From NCBI GenBank assembly GCA_964650185.1, contig CAZYRN010000003.1, positions 2,025-66,024 of the forward strand: a stretch of DNA of 64,000 nt, given 5' to 3'. Position numbers and translations under genes: made by a program. Each line of letters begins with the position of its first letter. Within the stretch, counting starts at the first letter, position 1. Shown in pieces: positions 60,148 through 64,000 of this stretch. The notes beneath the pieces were generated by a model. That model was given only the letters and a program-made list of their open reading frames with translations, was not told the origin of the DNA and ran no database searches. This DNA is from an uncultured Pseudomonadales bacterium. Lineage in GTDB: Bacteria; Patescibacteriota; Microgenomatia; UBA1400; PJMF01.

Positions 60148-60507
60148 ATGTCACGTACTAAAACAGGAGTAGTCAGAAGCCGCCGCCATAAAAAAGTTCT
60201 CAATAGAACTAAAGGCTATCGCGGTACCAACAACCGACTTTTTAAACGAGCTCATGAAGCCATGCTTCATGCTTTTGAGTATTCATTCCGTGGCCGAAAA
60301 TTACGCAAGCGTGATTTCCGTAAGTTATGGATTATGAGAATTAATGGCGCTTTAAGACAGCTTGATGCAGAATTCAAATATTCAAGATTTATCAATGCCT
60401 TAAAAACTGCCAATATTGAAATTAATCGGAAGATGCTCGCAGATTTAGCTGTCAATCATCCCAATGCTTTCAAGGCAGTAGTTGACAAGTCAGGCCTGAA
60501 AAAATAA
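60148..60507 (+). CDS. rplT: 50S ribosomal protein L20
   Basis: MSRTKTGVVRSRRHKKVL...RKRDFRKLWIMRINGALR. Confidence 0.95.
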   Translation: MSRTKTGVVRSRRHKKVLNRTKGYRGTNNRLFKRAHEAMLHAFEYSFRGRKLRKRDFRKLWIMRINGALRQLDAEFKYSRFINALKTANIEINRKMLADLAVNHPNAFKAVVDKSGLKK

Positions 60508-60620
60508 GATTTGTCAGCATGTTAATTTCACGTCATCTCACCACTAATTATATTTTTAGCCTGCGCTAAATAGGGGTGTGATTAACGTGATTTAAACAAG
60601 TTTATTAAAAATTTAATCAA

Positions 60621-60649
60621 GCCCCGCCCAAACAGCGGGGCTTTTTTTT
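60621..60649 (+). terminator. Rho-independent terminator of the infC-rpmI-rplT operon (GCCCCGC-N7-GCGGGGC + T8)
   Basis: Perfect 7-bp GC stem followed by a T-run. Confidence 0.8.
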
Positions 60650-61021
60650 GGTTTTAAACCAAAAAAGGAAAGGAGAAAAGTGGCGAGAAACCATGAGGAA
60701 CAACCAAATGGAAACGGAGGGGGAAAACAATACTACAAACCATATCAGCATGATCGCTGGAGTGTTGTGGCAGATATAGAAAATCCTCAACAGATTAGCA
60801 AGTTAAACTAAAGCCGAACACCACGCAACTCCTTGTTTAAAGTTAACTGACGGAAATTATTTGGGTTGTTGTAATGCTCTCCTCGATAATCATGCACTTT
60901 TAGAAATGAGAAATGACTTAGCAAACTTAGGTACTGCGACTAATCGTCGAGAAGAAAACTTATTTGGTCAGTAGTACTTTTCCGGCTCAACTCAAAATGC
61001 GTTACAATAGGAACACACGTC

Positions 61022-62080
61022 ATGACTGCAAAAATAAACTCCTTATCAGCCTTAAAAAAAGCCATTGCCAATCTTCATCAGCAATTTGATCAGGAAGATA
61101 AGTTGGATCAAGAGCTGCTGAAACAGCAATACCTGGGTAAAAAGGGTTTCGTTAATGAGTTGCTGAAAGAGTTAAAGGATTTACCAGCTGAAGTCAGACC
61201 CCAAGCTGGCCAGTTACTAAATCAGTTAAAAAACAGCCTTCAGCAGCAATTTGAATTGCTGGCAGAAGGCGATCAAACACCGCTTGAGACCATTGACCTA
61301 ACACTGCCGGGAATTAAGCCTCAGGTCGGTCATCTTCATCCCATTTCGCAAGCCATGGCCAGAATTACTAATATTTTTGAAAAAATTGGCTTTAGCCGCG
61401 CCCGCTATCCAGAGGTTGATTGGGATTGGTATGTATTTGAGTCTTTAAACATGCCTCAAGATCATCCAGCTCGCGATGAGTGGGAAACTTTTTTTGTCGA
61501 TGCTCCTGAACATCCCGAGCAAGGCAAGATGGTTCTGACCACTCATACTTCTAATGGTCAGGTGAGAGAGATGGAACGGTTAAATCATCAGCCGCCGATC
61601 AGAATGATTAATATTGCCCGCTGCTACCGCCGTCAGCAAGATGCAACTCATACTCAAATGTTTCATCAGTTTGAAGGCCTGGTGGTAGATGAAGGCATCA
61701 ACATTCAGCACCTGAAAGGCACACTAGATTACTTCGCTGAGGAATTTTATGGACCAGGTACCAAAAGCCGGATTAGGCCTTTTCATTTTCAATTTACCGA
61801 ACCTTCATTTGAAGTAGATTTTAGCTGCCATATTTGTGGCGGCACTGGTGTGAAAGATGGTGAGAAGTGCAAGTTATGCAAATCTGGCTGGCATGAAGTT
61901 GGCGGAGCTGGCATGGTTCATCCCAATGTCTTGAAAGCTGGCGGGATCGATCCGGAAAAATACACTGGCTTTGCTTTTGGCTGGGGAGTTGAACGAACCT
62001 ACACCCTTCAAGATGGTTTAAATATTGATGACATCCGGTTGTTTTATTCAGGAGAGCTGAGATTTTTAGAACAATTTTAA
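61022..62080 (+). CDS. pheS: Phenylalanine--tRNA ligase alpha subunit
   Basis: Class II motifs FQFTEPSFEVD, the zinc-binding CxxC...CxxC insertion, and GAGMVHPNVL. Confidence 0.9.
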   Translation: MTAKINSLSALKKAIANLHQQFDQEDKLDQELLKQQYLGKKGFVNELLKELKDLPAEVRPQAGQLLNQLKNSLQQQFELLAEGDQTPLETIDLTLPGIKPQVGHLHPISQAMARITNIFEKIGFSRARYPEVDWDWYVFESLNMPQDHPARDEWETFFVDAPEHPEQGKMVLTTHTSNGQVREMERLNHQPPIRMINIARCYRRQQDATHTQMFHQFEGLVVDEGINIQHLKGTLDYFAEEFYGPGTKSRIRPFHFQFTEPSFEVDFSCHICGGTGVKDGEKCKLCKSGWHEVGGAGMVHPNVLKAGGIDPEKYTGFAFGWGVERTYTLQDGLNIDDIRLFYSGELRFLEQF

Positions 62081-62090
62081 GAAATAAATT

Positions 62091-64000
62091 ATGAATATTT
62101 TAATTCCACACCGCTGGCTGTTAGATCATCTCGACACACAGGCTGAACCTACCGAAATTCAGGCTCAGTTGTCGTTAGCTGGACCTTCAGTCGAGCGAAT
62201 TATTGAAGCTGGAGATGAAAAAGTTTATGACATTGAGGTCACTACCAATCGAGTGGATGCCATGAGCGTCAGGGGAATCGCTCGTGAGGCAGCAGTAATT
62301 CTGCCCAAGTCTTCATTAAAGAAACAGTCACTGATTGATCTGACTCAACTTCAACCCGACCCCAATGTCACCGTCCGACCACTGCCAAAAATTATCAATC
62401 ATCCTGAGCTTAATCAGCGAACTTTGTGCGTGGTGCTAACTGATCTTAAACGAAAAGCCACTCCCAAGTGGATGGCTGAGCGATTAGCTCAAGTCGACCT
62501 GAACGTTCATGAAGCTGTCATCGACATTACCAACTATGTCACTCATGATCTCGGTCACCCTTGCCATGCTTTTGACTACGATAAACTGATGGCGGCAGGC
62601 GGTGAAATTGAGATCGTGGAAGCAGGTGCTGGAGAAAAGTTTGTCACTTTAGATGGAGAAGAATTTGAGACAGTGGGTGGAGAGGTGGTTTTTAAAAATG
62701 GTCAGGGTGAGATCATTGATTTACCTTCAATTAAAGGCACCGCCAACACTTCAATTGATAAAAGTACTAAAAATATCCTGTTATTAATCGAGTCGATTCG
62801 ACCCGACAAAGTCCGTTTTGCCAGCATGACCCACGCCATCCGCACCACTGCGGCTCAGCTGATGGAAAAAGGAGTAGATCCGCGCTCAGCTGACCAGGTG
62901 ATGGCTAAGGGCATTCAGCTGTATCAGGAAATTTGCCAAGCTAAAGTAGCCAGTCCCGTTTTTGATGAAAAAGTAGCTTTAACTCAGCCCGCTACCATTA
63001 AACTAAGTTTGAAAAAGATTGATCAATATTTAGGTCTGGAACTTAAATCAAGTTTAATCATCCAGATTTTAGAAAAATTAGGCTGCGAGGTCGTTATTGA
63101 GGATCCAGAAAAACAATCACCACGCGCAGCTAGCTTGATAGTTACGCCACCTACTTTCAGACCTGACCTCACCATTCCAGCAGACATAGTTGAGGAAATT
63201 GCTCGGATTTATGGTTACCATCAATTGCCCAGTCAAATTATGGCCACCGCCATCCCACTGCAAAAACAAGCCGGAGTTGATTTTGATTTTGAACATGAAA
63301 TGAAAAGTTTTTTGGCCGCGATTGGCTGGCAAGAAGTTTATACCTACTCATTAGTGAGCCAAGAAATTGCTCTACAATCAGGCTATGAGTTATCTGATCA
63401 GTTACAGCTGGCTAATCCGTTGACAACTGATAGAGTTTATTTACGCCGCTCACTACTGCCATCTTTAGCAGAAGTAATTGAGGCAAATTCTCAACGCGAT
63501 GTCAGCTCTGTTTTTGAATTAGCCAATGTCTATCATCCACAAGCGAAACATCGGCTGCCTAAAGAGGAACTGCAGTTAGGTCTGGTTTCAAATCGATCTT
63601 ACCGGCAGGTGAGAGGAGAGCTGGCAGTACTGTTAGATCACTTTTATGTCAGTCAGTATGAAATAATACCCAGCGCCACCCCACCCAAACAATTTGCCCA
63701 AGCCGCTAAGATTACGGCTGTTAGGAAAGACAAACAAGCCGCATCAGCGGAAGCAAAACAAGTGGAGTTGGGGTGGATTGGCCAATTAAAGTCAGGCTTA
63801 TTTGCTGTTGAACTAAAAATAGCTGCCTTACTCTTAGTTAAAAATAATCACCCTCAATATCAGCCGCTCTCAAAGTACATGCCCATTGTGGAAGATTTAA
63901 CCTTTACCTTGCCCGCCTCAACTCAGGTCGGAGCAGTGATGAAGACCATTCAGCAGGAAGCAAAAATTATTGCTCATATTGAGTTAAAAGATATCTATCA
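62091..64000 (+). CDS. pheT: Phenylalanine--tRNA ligase beta subunit (partial; continues past the window end)
   Basis: ATG at 62091, 10 nt after the pheS stop. B3/4-domain motif EVTTNRVDAMSVRGIAREAA near residue 50. The reading frame stays open to position 64000. Confidence 0.85.
   Translation, partial: MNILIPHRWLLDHLDTQAEPTEIQAQLSLAGPSVERIIEAGDEKVYDIEVTTNRVDAMSVRGIAREAAVILPKSSLKKQSLIDLTQLQPDPNVTVRPLPKIINHPELNQRTLCVVLTDLKRKATPKWMAERLAQVDLNVHEAVIDITNYVTHDLGHPCHAFDYDKLMAAGGEIEIVEAGAGEKFVTLDGEEFETVGGEVVFKNGQGEIIDLPSIKGTANTSIDKSTKNILLLIESIRPDKVRFASMTHAIRTTAAQLMEKGVDPRSADQVMAKGIQLYQEICQAKVASPVFDEKVALTQPATIKLSLKKIDQYLGLELKSSLIIQILEKLGCEVVIEDPEKQSPRAASLIVTPPTFRPDLTIPADIVEEIARIYGYHQLPSQIMATAIPLQKQAGVDFDFEHEMKSFLAAIGWQEVYTYSLVSQEIALQSGYELSDQLQLANPLTTDRVYLRRSLLPSLAEVIEANSQRDVSSVFELANVYHPQAKHRLPKEELQLGLVSNRSYRQVRGELAVLLDHFYVSQYEIIPSATPPKQFAQAAKITAVRKDKQAASAEAKQVELGWIGQLKSGLFAVELKIAALLLVKNNHPQYQPLSKYMPIVEDLTFTLPASTQVGAVMKTIQQEAKIIAHIELKDIY

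Noticed and set aside
60812-61021. T-box riboswitch upstream of pheS.
   Set aside because: No T-box consensus (AATTAGGGTGGNACCGCG-like) or specifier/antiterminator arrangement was found by eye.
63117-63332. 71-aa minus-strand ORF.
   Set aside because: It is embedded antisense in pheT coding sequence and has low-complexity composition.

Overview
This 64-kb window looks like a core chromosomal region of a low-GC, small-genome bacterium. Three features suggest a Patescibacteria/CPR-like lineage (inference): a 16S rRNA gene not linked to 23S/5S, a very compact RNase P RNA, and several shortened housekeeping proteins.

Gene content:
- Hexose-phosphate and lower glycolysis: PMM/PGM, SIS-type PGI/PMI, a ManA-like cupin, a PEP-synthase-like protein, eno, gpmI, tpiA, gap.
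- A dense nucleotide-excision-repair/SOS neighbourhood: lexA, uvrB, uvrA, a truncated uvrC, uvrD.
- Proteostasis: clpB, lon, and a trigger factor with no PPIase domain.
- tRNA modification: truB, mnmA, miaB-miaA.
- Cell-envelope genes: SLT-like protein, FemAB, uppP, a GT-C-like membrane protein, a PEGA/SH3b lipoprotein.
- RNA genes: one 16S rRNA, rnpB, and four tRNAs (Leu-TAG, Ile-GAT, Cys-GCA, Val-GAC).
- Translation: the infC-rpmI-rplT operon and pheS-pheT (pheT runs off the window end).

No CRISPR array, transposase or integrase was seen.

The most interesting region is 21.1-28.5 kb. It holds a translationally coupled cassette of a signal-peptide 7-TM membrane protein, a RimK-like ATP-grasp ligase, and a HExxxH/QEGLA-motif (DUF1704-like) protein. 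This is an uncharacterized putative peptide-glutamylation/modification system. Here its expected extracellular transglutaminase-like module appears to sit on a separate gene 1.7 kb upstream, anchored in the membrane at both ends and with an apparently intact Cys-His-Asp triad. A truncated uvrC overlapping that gene's tail and a holin-like DUF360 gene lie between them.

Other points worth a second look:
- A CofE-like gamma-glutamyl ligase overlapping a PduO-type adenosyltransferase.
- A PEP-synthase homolog that seems to lack the catalytic phospho-histidine.
- A ~90-aa GC-rich insertion in UvrB.
- CIRCE-like inverted repeats in unexpected positions.
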